Of a DNA stretch of 64,000 nucleotides, positions 1-13,276 are shown in pieces. Position 1 is the first letter of the stretch. The number at the start of each line of letters is the position of its first letter. The translations under genes and the position numbers were made by a program. The notes beneath the pieces are model-generated. The model had not been told where the DNA came from. It saw only the letters and a program-made list of their open reading frames with translations, and made no database searches. The stretch is from Eledone cirrhosa (lineage: Eukaryota), in the NCBI GenBank assembly GCA_964016885.1, contig OZ024760.1:18476001-18540000 (forward strand). The letters run 5' to 3'.

Positions 1-116
1 TATAATATATATATAATCAAAAGTATATATTGAGTTAAAACCTCAAATTTGTCCCTTATAATCAAAATAGCTCAAGGGAAAAATATTCCAAGCCTAATAA
101 TACCATAAAGAGGTAG

Positions 117-145
<29 letters not shown>

Positions 146-148
<3 letters not shown>

Positions 149-565
149 AAAGTTTTATTTAAAATTGTTGGGTTACAACGAGTAAATATTTTATAACTGA
201 TATAAAGCACTCAACAAGTTTTGGAGTAGATATACGATATTAAACAAATGGAAACTATATTTATAAAACCATATTTATTTCATTATACATATTTCAGGGA
301 TACCATATTAAAAATATGGCATGCCTTCTTCAGATAAAATACAATATATAAGCAGTTTTATAAATAAATTTGACTACCAAACCAACTTCTCAAATGGAAG
401 TTGATCAATATTTATGGTACGTCAAATTTATTTATAAAACTGCTTATATATTGTATTTTATCTGAAGAAGGCATGCCATATTTTTAATATGGTATCCCTG
501 AAATATGTATAATGAAATAAATATGGTTTTATAAATATAGTTTCCATTTGTTTAATATCGTATAT
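146..565. mobile_element. (TA)n-flanked fold-back element, Penelope-like pLTR remnant (family A)
   Basis: ~145-bp inverted arms 230-374 / 421-565, each with a hammerhead core; related copies at 1230-1622, 42749-43200 and a remnant near 3895-3960. Confidence 0.7.
454..519 (+). ncRNA. Minimal type I hammerhead ribozyme motif (mirror copy on - at 276-341)
   Basis: tattttat CTGAAGA [aggcatgccatatt-ttt-aatatggtatccct] GAA ATATGTAT A|atgaaata. Confidence 0.65.
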
Positions 566-879
566 ATATCTATATATATATATATAGATATATATACTAC
601 CTCTTTATGGTATTATTAGGCTTGGAATATATATATTGAATATATTGAAAGGATAACAAGGACGATTGGTTACTCCTTCATTGCATTTATTGTAGGTGAC
701 GCGCGTTCGATCTGTATCGATCATACCCGACTCAATAATCGGCAGCTCAGCGGAACCTTTTAAAATGCTATAACTCCAAGTTACACCCCCTGTATGTATA
801 TATATATATATATATGCGTTAACCTAATATATACTGTACCGATTGTGTTGTTATTTCTGTTTACCTTTTACATACATAT

Positions 880-1213
880 ACTACCATACCCCACCCCATC
901 CACACCGCCCCTTTCAATGTAAAGTTATGTTGGTGCCACAACATCCAGGCCGAAACATATGAGATCGTGTAGGTGTCATGACAAAAAAAAACACAGAGTC
1001 CACGCTGTACTGTGGCCGTGTAGGCAACACGGTAAAAACCTCCCAGCCCCACACTGTAAATGTGGTTGGTGTTAGGAAGGGCATCCAACTGTAGAAAACC
1101 CGCCAGACAGTCCTATACGAGCAAGACAACTACTCTTGCCTTCTTGCCTCAAGTGGGAAAACTCCCGTCCAAACCCATGCAAGCGTGGGACATGGACGTT
1201 AAACGATGATGAT
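880..1213 (+). mobile_element. RTE-type LINE 3' UTR fragment
   Basis: ttaggaagggcatcc...ggacgttaaacgatgatgat tail, same as the 3' UTR following RTE ORF ends at 9166 and ~19970. Confidence 0.8.
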
Positions 1214-1513
1214 ATATATATATATATATGTAAAAGTTCTATATAAATTGTTGGGATACAACAAGCAAATATTTTTATAACTGATATAAAGCACTCAACA
1301 AATAATTGGAGTAAAAATACGATATATTAACAAATGGAAACTATATTTATAAAACCATATTTATTTCATTATACATATTTTTAAAAATATCCAATACAAA
1401 TTTACATAATAGTATAAATAAAGTTATAACCCCACTACCCGGGAGCTTCCAACAGTAATGGTTGCATTCTTTAAGGGTATGTCAATATTTACTTATAAAA
1501 CTGCTCTATATTA

Positions 1514-1578
1514 TATTTTATCTGATGAAAGCACACCATAATTTAACTTGGTGTCCTTGAAATATGTATAATGAAATA
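1514..1578 (+). ncRNA. Hammerhead ribozyme motif (family A)
   Basis: tattttat CTGATGA aagcacacca...tggtgtcctt GAA ATATGTAT A|atgaaata; helix II differs in sequence from the 454 copy but still pairs. Confidence 0.65.
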
Positions 1579-1620
1579 AATATGGTTTTATAAATATAGT
1601 TTCCATTTGTTAATATATCG

Positions 1621-1652
<32 letters not shown>

Positions 1653-2199
1653 CTGTATATATATATTGCTCTCTCTCCACCCTGCCAAAGAAGCACTTTA
1701 GATAATTGCTGGGGTAAGGGTAGGGTGTCACCATTCAGTTTGAAAGATAAAACTTGAGAGAGAGGGAGAGAGTTGGATGTGGATCAACTGAATTGATTGA
1801 GAATGGAGAGAAGCAAGAATTGATCTCTCAAGAGAAAGATAGAAAGAGTATGAGGTGTTGAGAGAGAGAAAGAGTAAGACGCGAGTGGGAAGAAATTGAG
1901 AGAGAGAGAGAAAAGAAGAAATTGAAGAGAAAGGAATTGAGAGAGGGAGAGAGTAAAGGATTGAGAGAGAGAAAGACTAAGGCTTGAGTGGAAAGAAATT
2001 GAGAGAGCTAGAAAGAGTAAGGAATTGAGAGGGGGGGTTATGATAGAAATAAAGGGTTAATAGAGATGATGATATATATAGAGAGAGGGTAAAGAACGGA
2101 AAAGGAAATCAATAGAGGGAGGAATGTGGGGAGTGGGGTGAGATAGAAGGGAATCAATATATGGTGGGTATTGAGTGGAAAAGATGAAGAGAAAGATGT

Positions 2200-2238
<39 letters not shown>

Positions 2239-2729
2239 TTAAGTAGGACAAGCTGATCGCATTATAGATTGAATGAGAAGAAGGGGGAATAATCAGCCTA
2301 GATAGACATGGATGGATAGATAGAGAGAGAGGGATAGATAGATAGAGAGAGAGAGAGGGATAGATAGATGGGTGGAGAGAGAGGGATAGATAGAGAGAGA
2401 GAGAGAGAGGGATAGGTAGATAGAGAGGGAGAGGGATAGATAGATAGAGAGAGAGAGGGATAGGTAGATGGGTGGAGAGAGAGGGATAGAGAGATGGGTG
2501 GAGACATAGAGAGACGTATGGAGGGGGAGATAGATAGATATGTAGGAAGTTAGATGGATGGATAGATATAGATATATATGGGGGGGGGACCAATGGATGG
2601 ATAGATAGACAGATAGGTATATGAAGAGATAGATAGATAGATGGTAGAATGGATTTGTAGGTAGTTAGATGGATGGATAAATAGACAGGCAGATAGATAG
2701 ATAGATAGTTGGATGGATAGATAGATATG

Positions 2730-3515
2730 TTTCTTTATTAGCCACAGGGGCACAAAAGAAGGGGACAAATACAAAGGGGGAAGTTTACATACAATAAAAA
2801 TGTGTAAAATACTATCACAAATGCAATTTAAAAATTAATCGAGTTTCCCCAATAGGGGGGAGACAGTTTATATGGGTAACACATACCCCCGAAAAAATGG
2901 ATAGATAGATATATTTCTTTATTAGCCACAAGGGCGCACAAAAAAAGGGGACAATACAAAAACATGCCGGGGATTTTACATAGTCTTGTAAAAAATATAA
3001 AAACAAATAATTATAACAATCGAAATCCCCAATAGGGGGGAGGCACCACAAATGGGTTGTTTAATACCCCGTCGATAGAACAACCCTCAGCTCCAGGAGC
3101 GTGTTGTGCAAGTGCTCCTTTCTTCCTTTTGCTCTCTTCCTCAACCTACAGGCTTATAAACAGAGAAGGCCCAATCACTCGGGCCATTTTCGCTTCATTC
3201 ACCCACCTTTCAGTAAATTTACTGGGGTGCAGTGCCTCTCTCTCCACCTTGATTCTCCTTCTAAAGTGATACTTAAAGAAGGGAATCAATTGTTGTCCGG
3301 AGAGAAAGGCATCTGTCCTCAGTCCTCTCAACCTCGTCCACCATAGCCACCGTACAGAGGAAAACCGCCTCTCTTTCGTTTTTGAAAGAGGCTGGCGGTT
3401 TGATCCTTACTATGGACTCGGCATTCAACTGGATTTGTCCCATACACGACAGCAGTTGTTCTGCATAGTTCCACAGGTCGGTTACGCCCGGGCAGTGTAC
3501 AATTGCGTGCAGGGT
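2730..3515 (-). mobile_element. 5'-truncated L1/Tx1-like LINE (ORF2 C-terminus plus duplicated 3' end)
   Basis: LHAIVHCPGVTDLW (zinc-knuckle end) ...FFKYHFRRRIKVERE...FTERW; AATAAA/AATAAG ends at ~2735 and ~2918, each running into (TCTA)n. Confidence 0.65.
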
Positions 3516-4012
3516 AGATAGATAGACAGATGGATAGGTAGGTAGGTAGATAGATAGATGGATGGATGGATAAGGAGCAATAGGGATCAGGTGGGGAGGG
3601 GGGGAGTGTAGGTGGGATAATCAGTAAGAGAATGATACACGAAGCTCAATATGTAACGAGGGAGGGGTAGTGTGAGTTGTCAAAAGAGGCTTCGGGTATG
3701 AAGGGGGGGGAGGGTAGAGAGAAAGAGAGAGAGGTGCAGAATGATTGTTGTACGTCATTGATGGTGGTGGGAGTGGAGGGGGAAAGAAAACAGGAGAGAG
3801 AGATAAGCTTCGATAGATTCGATTAGAGGGGTAGTGGGAGAGATAGAGAGGAGATATGAAGTGATTAAAGAGAAAAGAAGATATATATATATACAGTGAT
3901 ATTAAATAAATGGAAGCTATATTTATAAAACCATATTTATTTTATTATATATATTGTCGGACTATATATATATATATTTGTCGGACTTCCAACAAATTAA
4001 ATACCACTTCTA

Positions 4013-4064
<52 letters not shown>

Positions 4065-4212
4065 CTTCGATAAATTCGATTAGAGGGATGGTGGGAGAGA
4101 TAAAGAGAGGATATGAGTGGTTAAAGAGTTGTTCTTCGTCAATTAATTGATAAGCAGACGTATAGATCTGTTGTTGTAATGATAGATAGATAGGTAGTAT
4201 GGATAGGAAGAT

Positions 4213-4250
<38 letters not shown>

Positions 4251-4299
4251 TGTACTAGGGATATATATATATATATATATAAATTTAGAGAGGGAGGGA

Positions 4300-4900
4300 A
4301 ATAGAGAGCTAGATAGAGCAGTAAATACGCAGAGGGGTAGATATATAGATAGACAGGGTGATACAGACAGAAAGGTAGAGAGAGAGAGAGAGCCGTAAAT
4401 ACGAAGAGGGGGTAGATATAGAGATAGACAGGTTGAAACGTAGAGATAGATAGAGTTGCAAATACGAAGAGGGGTAGATATATAGATAGACAAGGTGGGG
4501 GGTAGAGATATAGCTAGACAGATATAGAGAGATAGATAGAGCTGCAAATACGAAGAGGGGTAGATATATAGATAGACAGATATAGAGAGATAGATAGAGC
4601 TGCAAATACGAAGAGGGGTAGATATATAGCTAGACAGATATAGAGAGATAGATAGAGCTGCAAATACGAAGAGGGGTAGATATATAGATAGACAGATATA
4701 GAGAGATAGATAGAGCTGCAAATACGAAGAGGGGTAGATATATAGATAGACAGATATAGAGAGATAGATAGAGCTGCAAATACGAAGAGGGGTAGATATA
4801 TAGCTAGACAGATATAGAGAGATAGATAGAGCTGCAAATACGAAGAGGGGTAGATATATAGATAGACAAGGTGGGGGGTAGAGATATAGCTAGACAAGGT
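4300..4900. repeat. 58-bp GATA-rich minisatellite
   Basis: gagctgcaaatacgaagaggggtagatata recurs at 58-bp spacing (4541, 4599, ...). Confidence 0.9.
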
Positions 4901-7154
4901 GATGGGGGTAGATATATAGATAGACAGTGAGAGATAGATGTACATAAAGAGGTAGATAGATATATTTCTTGAGGCCGGAATTATAGAAACGTGGATGGTA
5001 GACAGATAGTCGGAGTTATATCGGGTGGAAAACGGAGATCTTGCCGTTGTTTGTTTTGTTTTTAGGGGGTTTTTTTTCCTTCTTTCATTTGTCCACGTGT
5101 TGTGGTGCAGCTTATGGATGCGGTTTTAGTCGAACCACCCGTAACAATAACCTACCTCCCATTCTCTCGCGGTAACCTACCACCCATTCTGCCGCGGTGA
5201 TATTCGTCTACACTACACACACAAACACGCACACATACACACTCCCTCGCGTACACACATACACACTACCCTTTCACAAACACATTCTCTCTCTCTCTCT
5301 CTCGCTATTATTCATTCCTACACATACACACACACTCTCTCTCTCTCTCTCTCTCATTCTTTTTCTCAAACATTCTCCATCTCTCTCTCAAACTCATTCT
5401 CCATCTCTCTCTAACTCATTCTCTCTCTCTCCCACACACACTCTCTATCTATCTCTCACCTCACACACATACCTACTTTCTCTCTCACCTCATACACACG
5501 CACGCGCATCATCACGCACGCACATGCACACACATACATCAATATCAACAAACAAACAAACACACACACACACACGTTATTCGCTATTAGTCATTTCTAT
5601 CAGTTTTCACTCGGTAATTCATTTAATAAAGTCAGCTGGAGGTGTTTACCAAAAAGACAAGCTGTTATAATCATTTCAAGGTATGTTTAAAATATATGCA
5701 ATATATATATATATATATATATGCAATATATATATGTTATATATTAATGAATATTGGTGCTGTTGTTGATGTAGTTATTGTCGTTGTTAACTATTTATTG
5801 TATTATAAAGTCCCTAATTGCTTAATGTTGTTAATATCTCGTCTTGCCCCGAAGATTTTTACCTGGTAACACCATCTCTCTACACCGTTCTCGTCTTCTC
5901 TCTTCTTTTGGGGCTCATTTTAACTCCCTTCTCATTTTTTATTGATTTCTTTCATTATATAAATTGTATATGTTCTTTAAAAAATAATAAATGTGTGTCA
6001 GTTTGATAATTAAAAGGAAAAATATTGTTTTACACGTGTATAATTTATTAAAAAAATTTTCACTAATTTATTATGTTTTATTTTTTAAATATTTCTTATA
6101 TATATCTAACTTATATATATATAAGTTGACGGAACTAGAATGGGCTTCACTGCTAGTACCGTATTTATTTATTTACACACACATATATAGGGTGTCGCTA
6201 AAAATATGTATATACACTTTTATTACAATGCTGTTGAAGTGTGTATACATTTTTTGGGTCACCCTGTATATATATATATACAGAAAGAGATAGTTTGCGA
6301 GGGGCCCCGCACTCTGAGTCACACTAAAAACTCCTTCCATTTACATTTAAGATGCCTTTGTAAGAACATTAACTACCTTTCTCCCTCGCCACCACTAATG
6401 TTACAATAATCAAAAGGTGAAGATGAACTCGCTAGGATTTAAACTAAAAACCCACAGGGCCGTTAGTAAATACAGCGAGGTTTGTTTTTTTTTTCTTCTC
6501 AAAATCATCCCCGGGTGAGCGAAACACGGTCATCTGACCTGATTCTCTCCCGAAGGGTCAGCCCGCCCTGATTCTCTCCCGAAGGGTCAGCCCGCCCTAC
6601 CCATGTAAGCGTAGAAAATGGACGTTAGACGATAATGATGCTCTACCAAATACCGATTGTTGCTGTCGTTGTTGTTTAGCCCTGATTGGGCAGACCTATG
6701 ATCAAAACCCTTGCAGGTACATCTAGAACTACAATACCTAATGTGTCCTTTCCTTTATTAATGACGATAGGGTGTGATTTAAGTGAGATTTAGGGGGCTG
6801 CTATTTGTAACATGATGAGTGACCACCTGTTGCTGTTGTTAGTGTCTAGAATTAGCTTCAAATCCGTTTAAACAGAACACATACAACGAAAATACATATT
6901 TACAACAGCTTTTTGTTAGAAATAATAGGGTGTGGTCTGATTTGGCTGTTATTTCTAGCAGGTTTGACAGCAATTCCGAGTCTTCTTCCTCCCCGATGTC
7001 TCGTCTGAATTCGTACGGGTCTTTTTTTTTTTTTTGGCTGTTTTATTAGGGGTCTCCAACGTTGATGGGGTTGGTGGGTGTCTGGAAAAGGAAGGTATTC
7101 TCAAACCAGCAACTTTGGAATAAAATCGGTGCCACAAAAGGGACTCATAGGCCA

Positions 7155-7372
7155 GGTGGTGTTGGTGGTAGTAGTGATAGCGATGGTAGTGGTGATGGTG
7201 ATGATTGTGGTGGCAATGGTAGTGATGGTGATGATGGTGGTAATGGTGATGGTGATGCTGGTGGTAGTGATAGTGGTGATGGTGATGAAGGCAGTGTTAA
7301 TGGTGATGATGGTGGTAGTGGTGATGGCGATGAAGGCAGTATTAATGGCGATGATGATGATGGTGGTAGTGG
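7155..7372. repeat. (GGT/GAT)n degenerate trinucleotide repeat
   Basis: Direct inspection. Confidence 0.9.
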
Positions 7373-8252
7373 TAAACCAGACAATAGATTAAGTCTACCA
7401 CTAAAATAGAAGACCACAATGAGATTTTAGCTGACAAGATATGAGTTCAAATTCCACCATGTCCAACAATATGGTGATAAGCTATGAAAGAAGATAACAG
7501 CTACTGCGTGGTGACACAGCCATGAAATCTTGGTTCATAGGTTGTGGCCAAAGCAAGCTTCATCCTTAATAGTTCTTTCTTTCAAAGGTGGTAATACAGG
7601 ACCAAGATCTCTTGCATTATGCAGTAAGTAATACAGAAGACCCACCTTCTCGTGAGAACAGGCTGAAGCCTACATCTAGTATGCCCCACCTTCACCTCCA
7701 TCCCCCTTCCATACACTTCCCACATCCTAACACTCTGCTCTTCACCCCACCCTATATCTACCTCCCCAATCCACACGCACTTCCCCCACCCACACTGTAA
7801 ATCAGTCATGCTGGTGACAAGACAAAAAGCGCCTAGTCCACACTGTAAAGTGGTTGTGTAGGTGACACAACAGAAAGCACCCAGTTGATACTGTAAAGTA
7901 GTCGTGGTGATGACACGACAGAAAACACCCAGTCCACACTTTAGAATGGCACTAGGAAGGGCATCCAGCCGTAGAAAACCAGCCAGAAACAGTCTTATAT
8001 GAGCGAGACACGGTCACCCAGCCCAACTTGCCTCTAAATGGGACAAACGCATGCTAGTGTGGAAGATGGACGTTAATCGATGATGATATCAACCTGATGC
8101 AAGATTGGAGGCCTGGGAGATCCATAGTTGTTGTCAGTGTGTGAAAGTGTACAAGTCTCTAGCAGGCTTGAAAAGCCATATCCAAGTGCCACATATCTGA
8201 ATCTGACAAGAGATTACAATACTTTCAGCATGAGTTAGCAGCCATCACACAT

Positions 8253-8656
8253 ATCATCATCATCATCGTTTAACGTCCATCTTTCCACGCTTGCATGGGT
8301 TTGGACGGGAGTTTTCCCACTTGAGGCAAGATTGGTTGCCCTGCTCGTATAGGACTGTCTGTCGGGTTTTCTACGGCTGGATGCCCTTCCTAACACCAAC
8401 CACGTTTACAGTGTGAACTGGGAGGTTTTTACCGTGTTACCTACACGGCCACATTACAGCGTGGACTGTGTGTTTTTTTTGTCGTGACACCTACACGACC
8501 TCATTTGTTTCGGACTGGATGTTGTGGTACCAACATAACTTCACATTTAAGGGGGGGGGGGTGGATGGGGTGGGGGTAGTGGGACGGGGGGTGTATTTTT
8601 GTTAGAGGTGCCTACTGACTGTAGGTTTCGCTTTGTACTTAGGCAAGGCGGGTCTA
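8253..8656 (-). mobile_element. RTE LINE 3' end
   Basis: Reverse complement of 9150-9548. Confidence 0.85.
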
Positions 8657-8924
8657 ATATATATACGTATATATATATATATATACGTATATATATTATA
8701 TTATATTATATCAATTAGTAAAATCCCAATGGAATGACATATTCTATTTCAGCTGGCCTGCAAGCTGACAGGCTTTCAGCTGGCCTGCAAGCTGACAGGC
8801 TTTCAGCTTACATTTCATAGTCAGATAGTTTGCAGACCAGCTACAAAAGAGTGGACCCTCCAGTGGGATTTTATTAATTACTATATGTATGACAATTTAA
8901 TTAAATACTATATATATATATATA

Positions 8925-9548
8925 TATGTTGTTTACTCGAGAGAAGACTACGTTGGTATGGTCACGTGATGCGCATGAAAGACGACAGCTGTATAAAAAA
9001 GTGCAGGGCGATAAAAATAGACGGTAGCCACGGAGTAGGCAGACCCAGAAAAACCTGGGACGACTTGATAAATTCCAACCTCACACACTTACACCTCTCC
9101 AAGACAATGTCACTGAACCGAGATCTTTGGCGCTACACAGTAATACAGAAGACCCGCCTTGCCTAAGTACAAAGCGAAACCTACAGTCAGTAGGCACCTC
9201 TAACAAAAATACACCCCCCGTCCCACCACCCCCACCCCATCCACACCACCCCTTTCGATGTAAAGTTATGTTGGTACCACAACATCCAGTCCGAAATAAA
9301 TGAGGTCGTGTAGGTGTCACGACAAAAAAACACACAGTCCACGCTGTAATGCGACCGTGTAGGTAACACGGTAAAAACCTCTCAGTCCACACTGTAAACG
9401 TGGTTGGTGTTAGGAAGGGCATCCAGCCGTAGAAAACCCACCAGACAGTCCTATACAAGCAGGGCAACCAATCTTGCCTCAAGTGGGAAAATTCCCGTCC
9501 AAACCCATGCAAGCGTGGAAGATGGACGTTAAACGATGATGATGATGA
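8925..9548 (+). mobile_element. 5'-truncated RTE LINE
   Basis: RRLRWYGHVMRM...GRPRKTW...R..WR, then 3' UTR and (GAT)n tail. Confidence 0.9.
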
Positions 9549-9860
9549 TATATATATATATATATATAAATATACAAGATTTAATATAGAAATGGCTTCT
9601 ACAGGACTAGAACTGTTGTAGTCCTGTAGAAGTCATTTTTATATTAATTCCTGTATCTACTCAACTATGTATTGAGTACCTTACTTACTGTGGTTACCCC
9701 TGATTGAACCTGGTACTCACACATATGTATATATATATGTGTGTGTATATATATGTGTGTGTGTGTGTATATATATAAGTTTATCCTGGGTAACCACAGT
9801 AAGTAAGGTACTCAATACAAAGGAGAGTATAAATATTTAATATAGAAAGGCTTCTACAGG

Positions 9861-9911
9861 GGCTTCCTGATGATTTCTCCCGAATGAAACAGTTCTAGTC
9901 GTGTAGAAGCC
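9861..9911 (+). ncRNA. Hammerhead ribozyme motif (family B)
   Basis: ggcttc CTGATGA tttc-tccc-gaat GAA ACA-gttctagtcg-TGT A|gaagcc; perfect 6-bp stem I; degenerate relative near 56165-56250. Confidence 0.7.
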
Positions 9912-10094
9912 TGTCTATATTAAATACATATATATATATAGTAATAGATGGTTCATTAGATTTGTAGTTTAATGAGGAAGGTACCAGAATTAGCACTCTG
10001 TGCTAAGTTAGGGTGTATATATTGAAACCACAGCTAGGTTTCACATTATAATCAATAAAGACCTTAATGTGAAACCTTGCTATATTTTCAATAT

Positions 10095-10541
10095 GTATAT
10101 ATAGTCTTGTAAAACTATATATATATAGTCTTGTAAGACTATATATATATATATAGTCTTGTAAAACTATATATATATAGTCTTGTAAGACTATATATAT
10201 ATATATATAGTCTTGTAAAACTATATATATATATAGTCTTGAAAAAGTATATATATATAGTCTTGTGAAACTTTATTTTCAATATATATATATAGTCTTG
10301 TAAAACTATATATATATAGTCTTATAAGACTATATATATATAGTCTTATAAGACTATATATATATATATAGTCTTGTAAAACTATATATATATAGTCTTG
10401 TAAAACTATATATATATATATGTAAAACTCTATATATATATAGTCTTGTGATATATATATAACTTGTAAATATATATACAACTGGTAAATATATATACAA
10501 CTTGTAAATATATATACAAGTTATATATATATAACTTGTAA

Positions 10542-10589
<48 letters not shown>

Positions 10590-10812
10590 ATATATATGTG
10601 TGTGTGTGTATATATAAACACACACACACTACTTCTACAAATGTATAAATGAAAATACTATATGCATTTGTATGTAAATATGTGAATGTGTGAGTATATA
10701 CATGTGTGTGTGTGTATGTATGTCTCTGTGTGTATATATATATGTCTGTGTGTGTATGTATATCTCTGTGTGTGTGTATGTATATATGTCTCTGTGTGTG
10801 TGTGTATATATA

Positions 10813-10843
<31 letters not shown>

Positions 10844-10959
10844 CTGTGAAATAGAATCTTTAGAAGAGGTTCAATGTCTATCAGGTATTTATATTACTAC
10901 ATTGTTAACATATATATATATAACAGTGTATATATATACACACATATATACACATACAT

Positions 10960-10999
<40 letters not shown>

Positions 11000-11573
11000 T
11001 ACAAATACATATAAATATATATATATTTTAGATATACATTCATATATAGGAGTGTATATACACACATATATATATATATATATGTGTGTATATACACTCC
11101 TATATATGAATGTATATCTAAAATATATATATACATATTTATATGTATTTGTAGTGTATATATATATATATATATATATTTGTAGTATATATATATATGT
11201 GTATATATACACTCCTATATATGAATGTAAATCTAATATATATATATACCATATGTAGTGTGTATACATATATGTGTGTGTGTATATGTATGTGTATGTA
11301 TGTGTATATGTATGTATGTGTATGTATATATGTATGTGTATATGCATGTATGTATACTAGCTGATCCTGTGAAAATTCTCCCAAGTATTCATGATCAATA
11401 TGACATAAATTATTCAAGGTAAATGGAGGATGTGTGAAAGGTTGACTGGAGAGAGAGAGAGGGAGGGAGAGAGGTATATATAACCTCTCCTATAGCAGAA
11501 ACCTATAAATATGTACATATTTATATATATAAATATGTGCTTATATATATATATATATATATATGTACATATT

Positions 11574-11629
<56 letters not shown>

Positions 11630-11657
11630 TATTTATATATATAAATATATATATATA

Positions 11658-11693
<36 letters not shown>

Positions 11694-12189
11694 TGTGCTT
11701 ATATATATATATATATATATATATGTACATATTTATATATATAAATATATATATATATATGTACATATTTATATATATAAATATATATATATATATGTAC
11801 ATATTTATATATATAAATATATATATATATATGTACATATTTATATATATATATATATATGTACATATTTATATATATATGTACATATTTATATATATAT
11901 GTACATATTTATATAAATATGTATATATATATATATATATATAAATGTACATATTTATATATAAATGTACATATTTATATATAAATGTACATATTTATAT
12001 ATATATGTACATATTTATATATATATGTACATATTTATATATATATGTACATATATATATAAATATGTATATATATATATATATATATAAATGTACATAT
12101 TTATATATAAATGTACATATTTATATAAATATGTACATATTTATATAAATATGTACATATTTATATAAATATGTATATGTACATATTTA

Positions 12190-12244
<55 letters not shown>

Positions 12245-12357
12245 GTACATATTTATATGTATATGTACATATTTATATGTATATGTACATATTTATATAT
12301 ATATGTACATATATATATGAATATGTATATGTACATATTTATATATGTATATATTTA

Positions 12358-12412
<55 letters not shown>
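10095..12412. repeat. (TA)n-rich compound microsatellite field with embedded short units (gtcttgtaaaac, gtacatattt)
   Basis: Direct inspection. Confidence 0.9.
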
Positions 12413-12414
<2 letters not shown>

Positions 12415-12650
12415 AGGGCGGGTAAAATTCCCGAGATCCATGGACGGGTTCTCTCCAGCGTTTTCTGTACTTCATCATCGGCGCCAAGTCCTGCGTCTCC
12501 AAGAGACCTGTGTTTGTCCTTAGGACATCAACATATGTCAACCTCGGTCTCCCTCTTCTAGTGTGTCTGAGCAGGGGCCCCCACAAGACCACTGAGTGCA
12601 GTGTCAACTCTGAATGTCAGTGAGAATGTCCGGCTACCCTCAGTCTCCTC
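12413..12650 (-). mobile_element. RTE/RTE-X-like LINE 3' fragment
   Basis: [21 protein letters not shown]...RKRWR. Confidence 0.65.
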
Positions 12651-12764
12651 TGTGTTACTTTTGAACTGACTTATATATATGTGTGTGTGTGTATATATAT
12701 ATATACACACATATATATATAAGTCAGTTCAAAAGTAACACATATATATATATATATATCTCAC

Positions 12765-12795
12765 CTGAGGAAGGGCTTATGCCCGAAACGTCGTC
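12765..12795 (+). ncRNA. Hammerhead core, stem I not evident
   Basis: CTGAGGA a-gggc-ttat-gccc GAAAC gtc GTC, followed by AATAAA and a (TA)n tract; 5' side truncated by (TA)n. Confidence 0.5.
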
Positions 12796-13229
12796 CCCCA
12801 CCTACCCCCCACTCTCCTGAGCGTGAATTTAATAAACATTTATTGTACTGCCTCTCTGTTCTGTCCCTGTTCAAATTTTTCATTATATATATATATATAT
12901 ATAATATTTATACTTATATATGAGTTATATACAATTATAAATAGGAAAGGGTAGTACTAAACACTAGCCAATTACCAGTAAGAGAAAAAGCTCAATGTAG
13001 ATTATTAGATGTATTACAGAGCTGAGATACAAAATATAAAACAATCAAATTTTAGTTTATTACATTTAATTGCTGACAATTGTTTCTTCCAGATGGATGT
13101 CTGGAATCATTGGAGCACACACAATGTTTAAACAAGATACATTACTATTGTCAGTGTCTGTCAATAGTAATGTATCTTTATCAATGTTCCGAAGACTAGG
13201 ATTATAATTACTTGTTTAAACATTGTGTA

Positions 13230-13276
13230 TGCTCTGATGAATACAGACATTTGTCTGGAAGAAACAATTGTCAGCA
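13230..13276 (+). ncRNA. Hammerhead ribozyme motif (family C) within fold-back 13025-13322
   Basis: tgct CTGATGA ata-cagac-attt-gtctg-gaa GAA ACAATTGT C|agca; palindromic helix III, GUC site. Confidence 0.75.

Noticed and set aside
2057-4945. Ser/Leu/Tyr-rich minus-strand ORFs
   Set aside because: Derived from GATA/GA microsatellites and the 58-bp repeat.
7062-7417. Gly/Asp-rich and Val/Met-rich ORFs
   Set aside because: Trinucleotide repeat open in several frames; no supporting gene context.
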